Shown here one piece after another: positions 1 to 13,700 of a stretch of DNA of 64,000 nucleotides. Each line of letters starts with the position of its first letter. Positions within the stretch are counted from its first letter, which is position 1. Source of the DNA: Balanoglossus misakiensis (taxonomy: Eukaryota; Animalia; Hemichordata). The notes beneath the pieces were generated by a model, which saw nothing but the letters and a program-made list of their open reading frames with translations, was not told the DNA's origin and did not search any database. Location of the stretch: assembly GCA_040954595.2 (NCBI GenBank), contig CM082592.2:992001-1056000 (forward strand), written 5' to 3'. A program made the translations under genes and the position numbers.

Positions 1-1044
1 CTGGTAACGTTGAACAAGTCGATTTTTCTACGGCCTGGCTCGGCTAAATCTCCGTCACAATATGACAGACACTAGCGTACGTTAGCAACGGTGATCAAGT
101 CAGATTTTCTACGGCATGGCTTGGATAAAGCCCGGCACTCTAGAGCAGAAACACGCGTACAGAGACCACGTTGATCAAGTCTGATCTCCTACGGCTTGGC
201 TCGACTAAAACCCCGGCACACTATGACAGACACTAGCGTTCGTTAGCAACGTTGATCAAGTCAGATTTCCTACGGCATGGCTTGGCTAAAGTCCTGGCAC
301 TCTAGAGCAGAAACACGCGTACAGAGACCACGTTGATCTACTCACATTTCCTTCGGCCTGGCACGGCTGATGCCCCGGCACTATATATAGGACACAGACT
401 GGCGTAAGTTAACAACGGTAATCACGTCGGGTTTCCTACGGCCTGGCTCAGCTGAAGCCCCGGCACTCTAGAGCAGAAACAGGCGTACATTGACCACGTT
501 GATCAAGTCAGATTTCCTACGGCGTGACTCGGCTGGTGCACCGGCTCTATATGACACAGACTGGCGTAAGTTATCAACAGTGATTACGTCGGATTTCCTA
601 CGGCCTGTTTAGCTGAAGCCCCGGCACTTTAGAGCGGAAACACGCGTACATTGACCACGATGATCAAGTCAGATCTCCTACGGCCTGGCTCGACTAAAAC
701 CCCGGCACACCATGACAGACACTAGCGTTCGTTAGCAACGGAGATCAAGTCGGATTTCCTTCGGCCTGGCTCTGCAAAAGACCCGACACTCTAGTACAAA
801 GACGTTGGCTAAGTCGGGCAAACCGAAGAGGGAAAGTCACAGCGGTTCAACACTTGACATTTGTTCGGGTAGGACTGCATTATTGCCTGTCAATTTATAG
901 AGAAAGCCCGAAATTAACCAGGGCGTTTCAAACACCGACGTTAATTGGGGGCACGGCCTGCAGTACTGCCGGGTAAGCTGACATCGGCGTACCGCATATA
1001 ATGTAGGGGGGGGAACAGAACGGTTCAATACTACATTTATTAGA

Positions 1045-1965
1045 TATCAACTAATTTTGGACAATCATCTAAAATCTAAATCATTTTTTCATATTTGGAT
1101 ATCTGATGATGTATGAAATTTCCATTATATGTAAAAATGGTGCTGATTATAAAAAATGCATTCTGATTCAATACAAAATTGCGTTTTATTCGTTTTTGCA
1201 CCAAAAAGGTCATTTTTAGGCAAAACATTCTTTATTTTTTTAATTCGGTGACCTGATCATATATAAACAATTGCTTGTATGTTAAAAGTTTTTCTGACTT
1301 TTAAAAGCAGTGACACTGGCGGCATTCAACAGGAAAATAACAATTTTAGCCACAATTTGGTCTAAATGGTAAATTTTTGAAAATTACAAAAAATACCTGT
1401 TTTCTACATTTTCGGAAATCTGATGGAGTATAGAATGCTCTTCGTATGTATATATCGATACAAATTCCACAAAAGACCGTCTAATTTGGCTCACTGCAGA
1501 CAAAATTGCGTTTTACCAAATTTTCCTTGAAAATGTCATTTTTAGAAAAAAAAATTAAAAAACCTTTGTTCTTCGAATTTGGTGCCCTGATCATATATGA
1601 CATGTTGATTGTATGTTAAGACTTTCGACCACTCCAAAAATGCAGAGATATTGACGGAATTCAAGAAAAAATAGCCATTTTGCCCATATTTTGACAAAAA
1701 TGGTAAATTTTTAAAAAATCATAAAAAATTAACTCTTTTCTTATTTTTTCGGAAATATTATGGAGCATGAAGTGTCGTTCTCTTGTAAAAAGTGCTGCAA
1801 ATTCAAGAAAAGGCGGTATAATTTAAATCACCCAAGACAAAATTACCATTTTCGACTTGTTTTCGAAAAATTGTCTTTTTTACAAAATAAATAAGAATAA
1901 ATTCTTTTCTTAGTTTCTAACGGGTAGAGATACTTTCCACACGGGTTTTCTAACATTGAATTCCC
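1045..1965. repeat. AT-rich block of ~3 degenerate ~330-bp subrepeats, shown for unit 1 and present in all units
   Basis: GGTG(A/C)CCTGATCATATAT occurs at ~1247 and ~1581. ACAAAATT(G/A)C occurs at ~1173, ~1500 and ~1837. GGA(T/A)AT(C/A)T(G/T)ATG occurs at ~1097, ~1414 and ~1751. Confidence 0.85.
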
Positions 1966-3851
1966 GTTCATCAACTCAGATTTCCTACAGCATAAGTCGG
2001 CTAAAACCCTGACACTCTAGAGCAGAAACAGTTGCACACTGGTAACGTTGAACAAGTCGATTTTTCTACGGCCTGGCTCCGCTAAATGTCCGTCACAATA
2101 TGACAGACACTAGCGTACGTTAGCAACGGTGATCAAGTCAGATTTTCTACGGCATGGCTTGGATAAAGCCCCGGCACTCTAGAGCAGAAACACGCGTACA
2201 GAGACCACGTTGATCTACTCACATTTCCTTCGGCCTGGCACGGCTGATGCCCCGGCACTATATATAGGACACAGACTGGCGTAAGTTAACAACGGTAATC
2301 ACGTCGGGTTTCCTACGGCCTGGCTCAGCTGAAGCCCCGGCATTCTAGAGCAGAAACAGGCGTACATTGACCACGTTGATCAAGTCAGATTTCCTACGGC
2401 GTGACTCGGCTGGTGCACCGGCTCTATATGACACAGACTGGCGTAAGTTATCAACGGTGATTACGGCGGATGTCCTACGGCCTGGTTTAGCTGAAGCCCC
2501 GGCACTTTAGAGCGGAAACACGCGTACATTGACCACGATGATCAAGTCAGATCTCCTACGGCCTGGCCCGACTAAAACCCCGGCACACCATGACAGACAC
2601 TAGCGTTCGTTAGCAACGGTGATCAAGTCGGATTTCCTTCGGCCTGGCTCTGCAAAAGACCCGACACTCTAGTACAAAGACGTTGGCTAAGTCGGGCAAA
2701 CCGAAGAGGGAAAGTCACAGCGGGTCAACACTCGACATTTGTTCCGGTAGGACTGCATTATTGCCTGTCAATTTATAGAGAAAGCCCGAATTTAACCAGG
2801 GCGTTTCAAACACCGACGTTAGTTGGGGGCACGGCCTGCAGTACTGCCGGGTAAGCTGACATCGGCGTACCGCATATAATGTAGGGGGGGGGGGGAACAG
2901 AACGGTTCAATACTACATTTATTAGATATCAGCTAATTTTGGACAATCATCTAAAATCTAAATCATTTTTTAATATTTGGATATCTGATGATGTATTAAA
3001 TTTCCATTACATGTAAAAATGGTGCTGATTATAAAAAATGCATTCTGATTTAATACAAAATTGCGTTTTATTCGTTTTTGCACCAAAAAGGTCATTTTTA
3101 GGCAAAACATTCTTTATTTTTTAAATTCGGCGACCTGATCATATATAAACAATTGCTTGTATGTTAAAAGTTTTTATGACTTTTAAAAGCAGTGACACTG
3201 GCGGCATTCAACACGAAAATAACAATTTTAGCCACAATTTGGTCAAAATGGTAAATTTTTGAAAATTACAAAAAAATACCTGTTTTCTACATTTTCGGAA
3301 ATCTGATGGAGTATAGAATGCTCTTCGTATGTATATATCGATACAAATTCCACAAAAGACCGTCTAATTTGGCTCACTGCAGACAAAATTGCGTTTTACC
3401 AAATTTTCCTTGAAAATGTCATTTTTAGAAGAAAAAAAATAAAAAAACCTTTGTTCTTCGAATTTGGTGCCCTGATCATATATGACATGTTGATTGTATG
3501 TTAAAACTTTCGACCACTCCAAAAATGCAGATATATTGACGGAATTCAAGAAAAAATAGCCATTTTGGCCATATTTTGACAAAAATGGTAAATTTTTAAA
3601 AAATCATAAAAAAATAACTCTTTTCTTCATTTTCCGAAATATTATGGAGCATGAAGTGTCGTTCTCTTGTAAGAAGTGCAGCAAATTCCAGAAAAGGCGG
3701 TATAATTTGAATCACCCAAGACAAAATTACCATTTTCGACTTTTTTTCGAAAAATTGTCTTTTTTACAAAATAAATAAGAATAAATTCTTTTCTTAGTTT
3801 CAAACGGGTAGAGATACTTTCCACACGGGTTTTCTAACATTGAATTCCCAT

Positions 3852-4725
3852 TCATCAACTCAGATTTCCTACAGCATAAGTCGGCTAAAACCCTGACACT
3901 CTAGAGCAGAAACAGTTGCACACTGGTAACGTTGAACATGTCGATTTTTCTACGGCCTGGCTCTGCTAAATCACCGTCACAATATGACAGACACTAGCGT
4001 ACGTTAGCAACGGTGATCAAGTCAGATTTTCTACGGCATGGCTTGGATAAAGCCCCGGCACTCTAGAGCAGAAACACGCGTACAGAGACCACGTTGATCA
4101 AGTCTGATCTCCTACGGCTTGGCTCGACTAAAACCATGGCACACTTTGACAGACATTAGCGTTCGTTAGCAACGTTGATCAAGTCAGATTGCCTACGGCA
4201 TGGCTTGGCTAAAGCCCTGGCACTCTAGAGCAGAAACACGCGTACAGAGACCACGTTGATCTACTCACATTTCCTTCGGCCTGGCACGGCTGATGCCCCG
4301 GCACTATATATAGGACACAGACTGGCGTAAGTTAACAACGGTAATCACGTCGGGTTTCCTACGGCCTGGCTCAGCTGAAGCCCCGGCACTCTAGAGCAGA
4401 AACAGGCGTACATTGACCACGTTGATCAAGTCAGATTTCCTACGGCGTGACTCGGCTGGTGCACCGGCTCTATATGACACAGACTGGCGCAAGTTATCAA
4501 CGGTGATTACGTCGGATTTCCTACGGCCTGGTTTAGCTGAAGCCCCGGCACTTTAGAGCGGAAACACGCGTACATTGACCACGATGATCAAGTCAGATCT
4601 CCTACGGCCTGGCTCGACTAAAACCCCGGCACACCATGACAGACACTAGCGTTCGTTAGCAACGGTGATCAAGTCGGATTTCCTTCGGCCTGGCTCTGCA
4701 AAAGACCCGACACTCTAGTACAAAG
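3852..4725. repeat. GC-rich block of 81-bp monomers, shown for one unit and present in all units; alternating A/B types form a 162-bp dimer
   Basis: TGATCAAGTC-like monomer starts lie at 3852, 3933, 4014, 4095, 4176, 4257, 4342, 4423, 4504, 4585 and 4666 (81-bp spacing, one 85-bp monomer). Type A carries CACTCTAGAGCAGAAACACGCGTAC. Type B carries CACACTATGACAGACACTAGCGTTCG or ACACAGACTGGCGTAAG. Confidence 0.95.
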
Positions 4726-7700
4726 ACGTTGGCTAAGTCGGGCAAACCGAACAGGGAAAGTCACAGCGGGTCAACACTCGACATTTGTTCCGGTAGGACT
4801 GCATTATTGCCTGTCAATTTATAGAGAAAGCCCGAATTTAACCAGGGCGTTTCAAACACCGACGTTAGTTGGGGCACGGCCTTCAGTACTGCCGGGTAAG
4901 CTGACATCAGCGTACCGCATATAATGTAGGGGGGGGGAACAGAACGGTTAAATACTACATTTATCAGATATCAGCTAATTTTGGACAATCATCTAAAATG
5001 TAAATCATCTTTTCATATTTGGATATCTGATGATGTATGAAATTTCCAATATATGTAAAAATGGTGCTGATTATAAAAAATGCACTCTGAATGAGCTGAT
5101 TTAATACAAAATTGCGTTTTTGCACCAAAAAGGTCATTTTTAGGCAAAACATTCTTTATTTTTTTTAATTCGGTGACCTGATCATATATAAACAATTGCT
5201 TGTATGTTAAACGTTTTTATGACTTTTAAAAGCAGTGACACTGGCGGCATTCAACACGAAAATAACAATTTTAGCCACAATTTGGTCAAAATGGTAAATT
5301 TTTGAAAATTACAAAAAAGACCTGTTTTCTACATTTTCGGAAATCTGATGGAGTATAGAATGCTCTTCGTATGTATATATCGATACAAATTCCACAAAAG
5401 ACCGTCTAATTTGGCTCACTGCAGACAAAATTGCTTTTTACCAAATTTTCCTTGAAAATGTCATTTTTAGAAAACAAACTAAAAAAACCTTTGTTCTTCG
5501 AATTTGGTGCCCTGATCATATATGACATGTTGATTGTATGTTAAAACTTTCGACCACTCCAAAAATGCAGAGATATTGACGGAATTTAATAAAAAATAGC
5601 CATTTTGGCCATATTTTGACAAAAAAGGTAAATTTTTAAAAAATCATAAAAAATTAACTCTTTTCTTCATTTTCGGAAATATTATGGAGCATGAAGTGTC
5701 GTTCTCTTGTAAAAAGTGCTGCAAATTGCAGAAAAGGCTGTATAATTTGAATCACCCAAGACAAAATTACCATTTTCGACTTTTTTTTCGAAAAATTGTC
5801 TTTTTTACAAAATAAATAAGAATAAATTCTTTTCTTAGTTTCAAACGGGTAGAGATACTTTCCACACGGGTTTTCTAACATTGAATTCCCGTTCATCAAC
5901 TCAGATTTCCTACAGCATAAGTCGGCTAAAATCCTGACACTCTAGAGCAGAAACAGTTGCACACTGGTAACGTTGAACAAGTCGATTTTTCTACGGCCTG
6001 GCTCGGCTAAATCTTCGTCACAATATGACAGACACTATCGTACGTTAGCAACGGTGATCAAGTCAGATTTTCTACGGCATGGCTTGGATAAAGCCCCGGC
6101 ACTCTAGAGCAGAAACACGCGTACAGAGACCACGTTGATCAAGTCTGATCTCCTACGGCTTGGCTCGACTAAAACCCCGGCACACTATGACAGACACTAG
6201 CGTTCGTTAGCAACGTTGATCAAGTCAGATTTCCTACGGCATGGCTTGGCTAAAGCCCTGGCACTCTAGAGCAGAAACACGCGTACAAAAACCACGTTGA
6301 TCTACTCACATTTCCTTCGGCCTGGCACGGCTGATGCCCCGCCACTATATATAGGACACAGACTGGCGTAAGTTAACAACGGTAATCACGTCGGGTTTCC
6401 TACGGCCTGGCTCAGCTGAAGCCCCGGCGCTCTAGAGCAGAAACAGGCGTACATTGACCACGTTGATCAAGTCAGATTTCCTACGGCGTGACTCGGCTGG
6501 TGCACCGGCTCTATATGACACAGACTGGCGTAAGTTATCAACGGTGATTACGTCGGATTTCCTACGGCCTGGTTTAGCTGAAGCCCCGGCACTTTAGAGC
6601 GGAAACACGCGTACATTGACCACGCTGATCAAGTCAGATCTCCTACGGCCTGGCTCGACTAAAACCCCGGCACACCATGACAGACACTAGCGTTCGTTAG
6701 CAACGGTGATCAAGTCGGATTTCCTTCGGCCTGGCTCTGCAAAAGACCCGACACTCTAGTACAAAGACGTTGGCTAAGTCGGGCAAACCGAACAGGGAAA
6801 GTCACAGCGGGTCAACACTCGACATTTGTTCCGGTAGGACTGCATTATTGCCTGTCAATTTATAGAGAAAGCCCGAATTTAACCAGGGCGTTTCAAACAC
6901 CGACGTTAGTTGGGGGCACGGCCTGCAGTACTGCCGGGTAAGCTGACATCGGCGTACCGCATATAATGTAGGGGGGGGGGGAACAGAACGGTTCAATACT
7001 ACATTTATTAGATATCAGCTAATTTTGGACAATCATCTAAAATGTAAATCATCTTTTCATATTTGGATATCTGATGATGTATGACATTTCCATTATATGT
7101 AAAAATGGTGCTGATTATAAAAATGCACTCTGAATGAGCTGATTTAATGCAAAATTGCGTTTTATTCGTTTTTGCACCAAAAAGGTCATTTTTAGGCAAA
7201 ACATTCTTTATTTTTTTAATTCGGTGACCTGATCATATATAAACAATTGCTTGTATGTTAAAAGTTTTTATGACTTTTAAAAGCAGTGACACTGGCGGCA
7301 TTCAACACGAAAATAACAATTTTAGCCACAATTTGGTCAAAATGGTAAATTTTTGAAAATTACAAAAAATACCTGTTTTCTACATTTTCGGAAATCTGAT
7401 GGAGTATAGAATGCTCTTCGTATGTATATATCGATACAAATTCCACAAAAGACCGTCTAATTTGACTCACTGCAGACAAAATTGCGTTTTACAAAATTTT
7501 CCTTGAAAATGTCATTTTTAGAAAAAAAAAATAAAAAAACCTTTTATCTTCGAATTTGGTGCCCTGATCATATATGACATGTTGATTGTATGTTAAAACT
7601 TTCGACCACTCCAAAAATGCAGAGATATTGACGGAATTCAAGAAAAAATAGCCATTTTGGCCATATTTTGACAAAAATGGTAAATTTTTAAAAAATCATA

Positions 7701-10700
7701 AAAAATTAACTCTTTTCTTCATTTTCGGAAATATTATGGAGCATGAAGTGTCGTTCTCTTGTAAAAAGTGCTGCAAATTCCAGAAAAGGCGGTATAATTT
7801 GAATCACCCAAGACAAAATTACCATTTTCGACTTTTTTTTCGAAAAATTGTCTTTTTTACAAAATAAATAAGATATAATTCTTTTCTTAGTTTCAAACGG
7901 GTAGAGATACTTTCCACACGGGTTTTCTAACATTGAATTCCCGTTCATCAACTCAGATTTCCTACAAGTCGGCTAAAACCTTGACACTCTAGAACAGAAA
8001 CAGTTGCACACTGGTAACGTTGAACAAGTCGATTTTTCTACGGCCTGGCTCGGCTAAATCTCCGTCACAATATGACAGACACTAGCGTAGGTTAGCAACG
8101 GTGATCAAGTCAGATTTTCTACGGCATGGCTTGGATAAAGCCCCGGCACTCTAGAGCAGAAACACGCGTACAGAGACCACGTTGATCAAGTCTGATCTCC
8201 TACGGCTTGGCTCGACTAAAACCCCGGCACACTATGACAGACACTAGCGTTCGTTAGCAACGTTGATCAAGTCAGATTTCCTACGGCATGGCTTTGCTAA
8301 AGCCCTGACACTCTAGAGCAGAAACACGCGTACAGAGACCACGTTGATCTACTCACACTTCCTTCGGCCTGGCACGGCTGATGCCCCGGCACTATATATA
8401 GGACACAGACTGGCGTAAGTTAACAACGGTAATCACGTCGGGTTTCCTACTGCCTGGCTCAGCTGAAGCCCCGGCTCTCTAGAGCAGAAACAGGCGTACA
8501 TTGACCACGTTGATCAAGTCAGATTTCCTACGGCGTGACTCGGCTGGTGCACCGGCTCTATATGACACAGACTGGCGTAAGTTATCAACGGTGATTACGT
8601 CGGATTTCCTACGGCCTGGTTTAGCTGAAGCCCCGGCACTTTAGAGCGGAAACACGCGTACATTGACCACGATGATCAAGTCAGATCTCCTACGGCCTGG
8701 CTCGACTAAAACCCCGGCACACCATGACAGACACTAGCGTTCGTTAGCAACGGTGATCAAGTCGGATTTCCTTCGGCCTGGCTCTGCAAAAGACCCGACA
8801 CTCTAGTACAAAGACGTTGGCTAAGTCGGGCAAACCGAACAGGGGAAGTCACAGCGGGTCAACACTCGACATTTGTTCCGGTAGGACTGCATTATTGCCT
8901 GTCAATTTATAGAGAAAGCCCGAATTTAACCAGGGCGTTTCAAACACCGACGTTAGTTGGGGGCACGGCCTGCAGTACTGCCGGGTAAGCTGACATCAGC
9001 GTACCGCATATAATGTAGGGGGGGGGGGGGAACAGAACGGTTAAATACTACATTTATCAGATATCAGCTAATTTTGGACAATCATCTAAAATGTAAATCA
9101 TCTTTTCATTTTTGGATATCTGATGATGTATGAAATTTCCAATATATGTAAAAATGGTGCTGATTATAAAAAATGCACTCTGAATGAGCTGATTTAATAC
9201 AAAATTGCGTTTTATTCGTTTTTGCACCAAAAAGGTCATTTTTAGGCAAAACATTCTTTATTTTTTTAATTCGGTGACCTGATCATATATAAGCAATTGC
9301 TTGCATGTTAAAAGTTTTTATGACTTTTAAAAGCAGTGACACTGGCGGCATTCAACACGAAAATAACAATTTTAACCACAATTTGGTCAAAATGGTAAAT
9401 TTTTGAAAATTACAAAAAATACCTGTTTTCTACATTTTCGGAAATCTGATGGAGTATAGAATGCTCTTCGTATATATATATCGATACAAATTCCACAAAA
9501 GACCGTCTAATTTGGCTCACTGCAGACAAAATTGCGTTTTACCAAATTTTCCTTGAAAATGTCATTTTTAGAAAAATAAAATAAAAAAACCTTCGTTCTT
9601 CGAATTTGGTGCCCTGATCATATATGATATGTTGATTGTATGTTAAAACTTTCGACCACTCCAAAAATGCAGAGATATTGACGGAATTCAAGAAAAAATA
9701 GCCATTTTGGCCATATTTTGACAAAATGGTACATTTTTAAAAAATCATAAAAAATAAACTCTTTTCTTCATTTTCGGAAATATTATGGAGCATGAAGTGT
9801 CGTTCTCTTGTAAAAAGTGCTGCAAATTCCAGAAAATGTGGTATAATTTGAATCACCCAAGACAAAATTACCATTTTCGACTTGTTTTCGAAAAATTGTC
9901 TTTTTTTACAAAATAAATAAGAATAAATTCTTTTCTTAGTTTCAAACGGGTAGAGATACTTTCCACACGGGTTTTCTAACATTGAATTCCCGTTCATCAA
10001 CTCAGATTTCCTACAGCATAAGTCGGCTAAAACCCTGACACTCTAGAGCAGAAACAGTTGCACACTGGTAACGTTGAACAAGTCGATTTTTCTACGACCT
10101 GGCTCGGCTAAATCTCCGTCACAATATGACAGACACTAGCGTACGTTAGCAACGGTGATCAAGTCAGATTTTCTACGGCATGGCTTGGATAAAGCCCCGG
10201 CACTCTAGAGCAAAAACACGCGTACAGAGACCACGTTGATCAATTCTGATCTCCTACGGCTTGGCTCGACTAAAACCCCGGCACACTATGACAGACACTA
10301 GCGTTCGTTAGCAACTTTGATCAAGTCAGATTTCCTACGGCATGGCTTAGCTAAAGCCCTGGCACTCTAGAGCAGAAACACGCGTACAGAGACCACGTTG
10401 ATCTTCTCACATTTCCTTCGGCCTGGCACGGCTGATGCCCCGGCACTATATATAGGACACAGACTGGCGTAAGTTAACAACGGTAATCACGTCGGGTTTC
10501 CTACGGCTTGGCTCAGCTGAAGCCCCGGCATTCTAGAGCAGAAACAGGCGTACATTGACCACGTTGATCAAGTCAGATTTCCTACGGCGTGACTCGGCTG
10601 GTGCACCGGCTCTATATGACACAGACTGGCGTAATTTTTTTTTTCTTTATCTTTTATTAAAAAAACTTTCAGTGTTACATTAACATATCAAAAAAAAAGA

Positions 10701-10714
10701 AACCAACCGAAAAC

Positions 10715-13700
10715 TCACATCATAGATATAATAGCTTCAAAAATTCTTGCACTTTCTGAATTATTGCATATTTCCTTGTATACCTTGTATCTCAATATGA
10801 ATTCGTATTTTACCAGCACCATTAAAGGTGCTCTGGTTTCACTTAGCCAGTATTTATGTATACTCCATTTGCAAACTAAAATCAATAAATTTACAATATT
10901 TTCTTCAGATTTCGAAAGCATAACACTTCTAATGCAATTGAAAATTATATGAGCGCTTTGTAAAACAAAATCTTTACAAAAAAGTTGCCGAATTATGCGC
11001 TCGATTTTTGCCCAAAGTGATGTGGCTATAGTACAACGCACGTACTTGTGCTCAAGAGACTCTGGTATCTTACAAAGTTCACAATCCACACTGCTGCTCT
11101 TATTCCAATAAAACAAATACTTATTACATGGCAACAACCTGTGTAAAAGTTTCCATTGAAATTCCCGCAACTTTGTTTCCTTAGTTATTGCGTGTATGTT
11201 CTTCCAGACCGTTTCACTTTCTTTTGTAGTCTGGTTTGGTACCTCCAGTAATGTGTACCATTTGTTAAGTTTATCCACTTTTGGACTCCTTTGTGGAATG
11301 TTCGCATAAATGGCTTTACACGTAACGTTATTGATGGAAATCCAGTGTTTTCCATCCCAAATACCGTATTTACAATTTTTCAAGGATTTGTAGAAAAAGT
11401 GAAACTTGCTACACCATTTCAAAATTACATTTCTGTTTCCTTTGATGTTTTCACTTGCACTGTACCACGCATTTAAAACCTTGACGTAAAATTCAGGGAT
11501 CGCAGACTCTAAAGCCTTTGGTAGTGATTCCCAGAAAATGTTGTGCTGAATAAGATTACATGACTGAAGGTCATCCATTTGTAAATAATGCCATGGTATA
11601 GCAGACCAAGTGTTGCCTTTACACAAGACCAGTCTCTTGACCCATACTGCATAAAGAGAATCAATTTGCTTGTCTAAGTTGACACATCTGATGCCACCTT
11701 TGTCATAATCACTCTGAAGTATTACATTGCTTATATTTCGTTTTCTTCTTATAAAACCATCAATTAGCTTTCGAACAACACACTTAATGCCTTCAGGTAT
11801 TCCAATCACTGATGTCAAAAACAAAATCTGTGAAATTGCAAAAACCTTCGTAATCATCACTCTCCCATAAAACGTAAGCCTTCTCCTTTCCCACATTTGT
11901 AGCACCTTTTTCAGTTTATCAATCTTAGGCTCCCAGTTAAGTTTGTTACATTTCTCAGTGTCATAGCCAAAATAAACACCAAGCGTTTTGATGGGCTCAT
12001 TTGTCCATTCAACATTTCCCATCTTCTTTTCACTATTTCTGTTTTTTCCAACCCACATTGCCTTCGTTTTCTTGTTGCTCATTTTTAAACCACCACACTG
12101 ATGAAAATCATCCATAACTTTAAAAACATTTTCTAATGACCGACCATCCCTTGTAAAAATAGTGGTGTCGTCGGCAAATAATGAAATCTTCGCTGTATTA
12201 TTACCATATAAGGGGATCCCGTTGATCTCCCCGTGTTGTCTTATTTTACATGCAAGTACTTCGATCACAAGTAAAAACAATAAAGCCGAGAGGGAACATC
12301 CCTGTCGAACACCTCTATGTAATGAAAAGTATCCAGAGCACCATCCCTTATAAACAATACAACTAGAAATATTACTATATAAAACTTCAATCCAGCGTAT
12401 AAAGCCTGGACCAAAATTCATCTTTTTAAGCACGCTATACAAAAATTTCCAATTTACACTGTCAAACGCTTTCTCATAATCTACAAAAAGGATCGCTCCT
12501 TCCAAACGCCGCTTTTTAGTGTAGTCTAGAACATCGGAGATCAGGCGAATGTTTTCTCCAATAAAACGGCCTTTCATATAGCCTGTCTGATCTCTATGGA
12601 TAATTGTAGGTAAAACACATTTGAGTCTGTTTGATAATGCCTTAGTGGCAATTTTGTTGTCAATGTTTAAAAGCGACACAGGCCTCCAATTATTCAAGTC
12701 ATTTTCATCTCCCTTTTTATACAACAATGTAATAATACCTCTTTTTTGTGTAGCAGAAAGTTCCCCTGACGACCAGGCTTCATTGAGAGATGAAGTGACA
12801 AATGTTTTTATTTCTGACCAAAAGAAAAGAAAAAATTCGACCGAAAGTCCATCACATCCCGGAGACTTGTTAGCTGCCATGGTCTTCAAAGCGCGCAAAC
12901 ATTCCCTTTCCGTTAAATTACCTTCGCACTGTTCACTTTGTAGAGCTGTTAGTCCTGGTAAACTGCTATTTTCCAAAAAATCGTCAATCGACTGATGGCA
13001 ACATTTTCGCTGATAGATCGTCTCGTAGAATTCTCTTTGTTCCCGCAGAATCTCGTCCGTTTTTGTCACACACTTTCCACTTCTGGTCACCAGCTCCTTA
13101 ATTTCCTTTTTTCCTGCATTTCGCTTTTCTAATGATAAAAATACTTGGTATTCCTTTCTCCCTTTTCCACCCACGCTGCACGCGATCTTATCTGCGCACC
13201 TTCAGCGAGTATGTTGTAAATATTCTCAAGGCGTTGTTGTGTTTCACTGTATTTCCGTATATTTTCATCTGATGGATTCACCAGCATATTTCTTTCATCC
13301 GCTTTTAGCTGTTGCTCAAGCTTCGGCATTTCCTTATTGTGATCTTTTGTTCCATACCTTGTAAATTCCAATGCATATTCTTTAATTTCTTTCTTCATGA
13401 TGTCCCATTTCATCCGATTATTTTCGAATGTCTTCTCACCACACTCTCTGATTACAGATTTGACTCCGTTGACAAAGCCTTCATTTTTTAAAAGCCTATT
13501 GTTCAGTTTCCATGTACCAGGCCCTCTACAATCTGAAGCGGTCTGCAATTCCACGTAAACAGCCATATGATCTGTGTGTACAGCAGGACGAATATCCGAT
13601 TTTTTGACATTCTTGACGAGGTGCTTTGAGATAAAAACATAATCTAATCGGCTATGAGTCGGTGATGGGGCCAATCTTCGCCAAGTAAACTGCCGTTGCC

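Noticed and set aside
420-431. AATCACGTCGGG matches the tRNA-Trp 3' region (complement of the Gypsy PBS)
   Set aside because: It is only 12 nt, it is a variant of the monomer motif GATCAAGTCAGA, and no tRNA structure surrounds it.
1096-1125. Hammerhead ribozyme-like CTGATGA...GAAA in each unit
   Set aside because: Only 5 nt separate the two core boxes, so there is no stem II. There is no stem III or properly placed NUH, and the motif is not kept in the sister 330-bp subrepeats.
3852-4725. 81-bp repeats as a CRISPR array or a 27-codon protein repeat
   Set aside because: The monomers are homologous along their whole length with no unique spacers, there are no cas genes, and the context is eukaryotic. 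The one monomer I translated had stops in all six frames.
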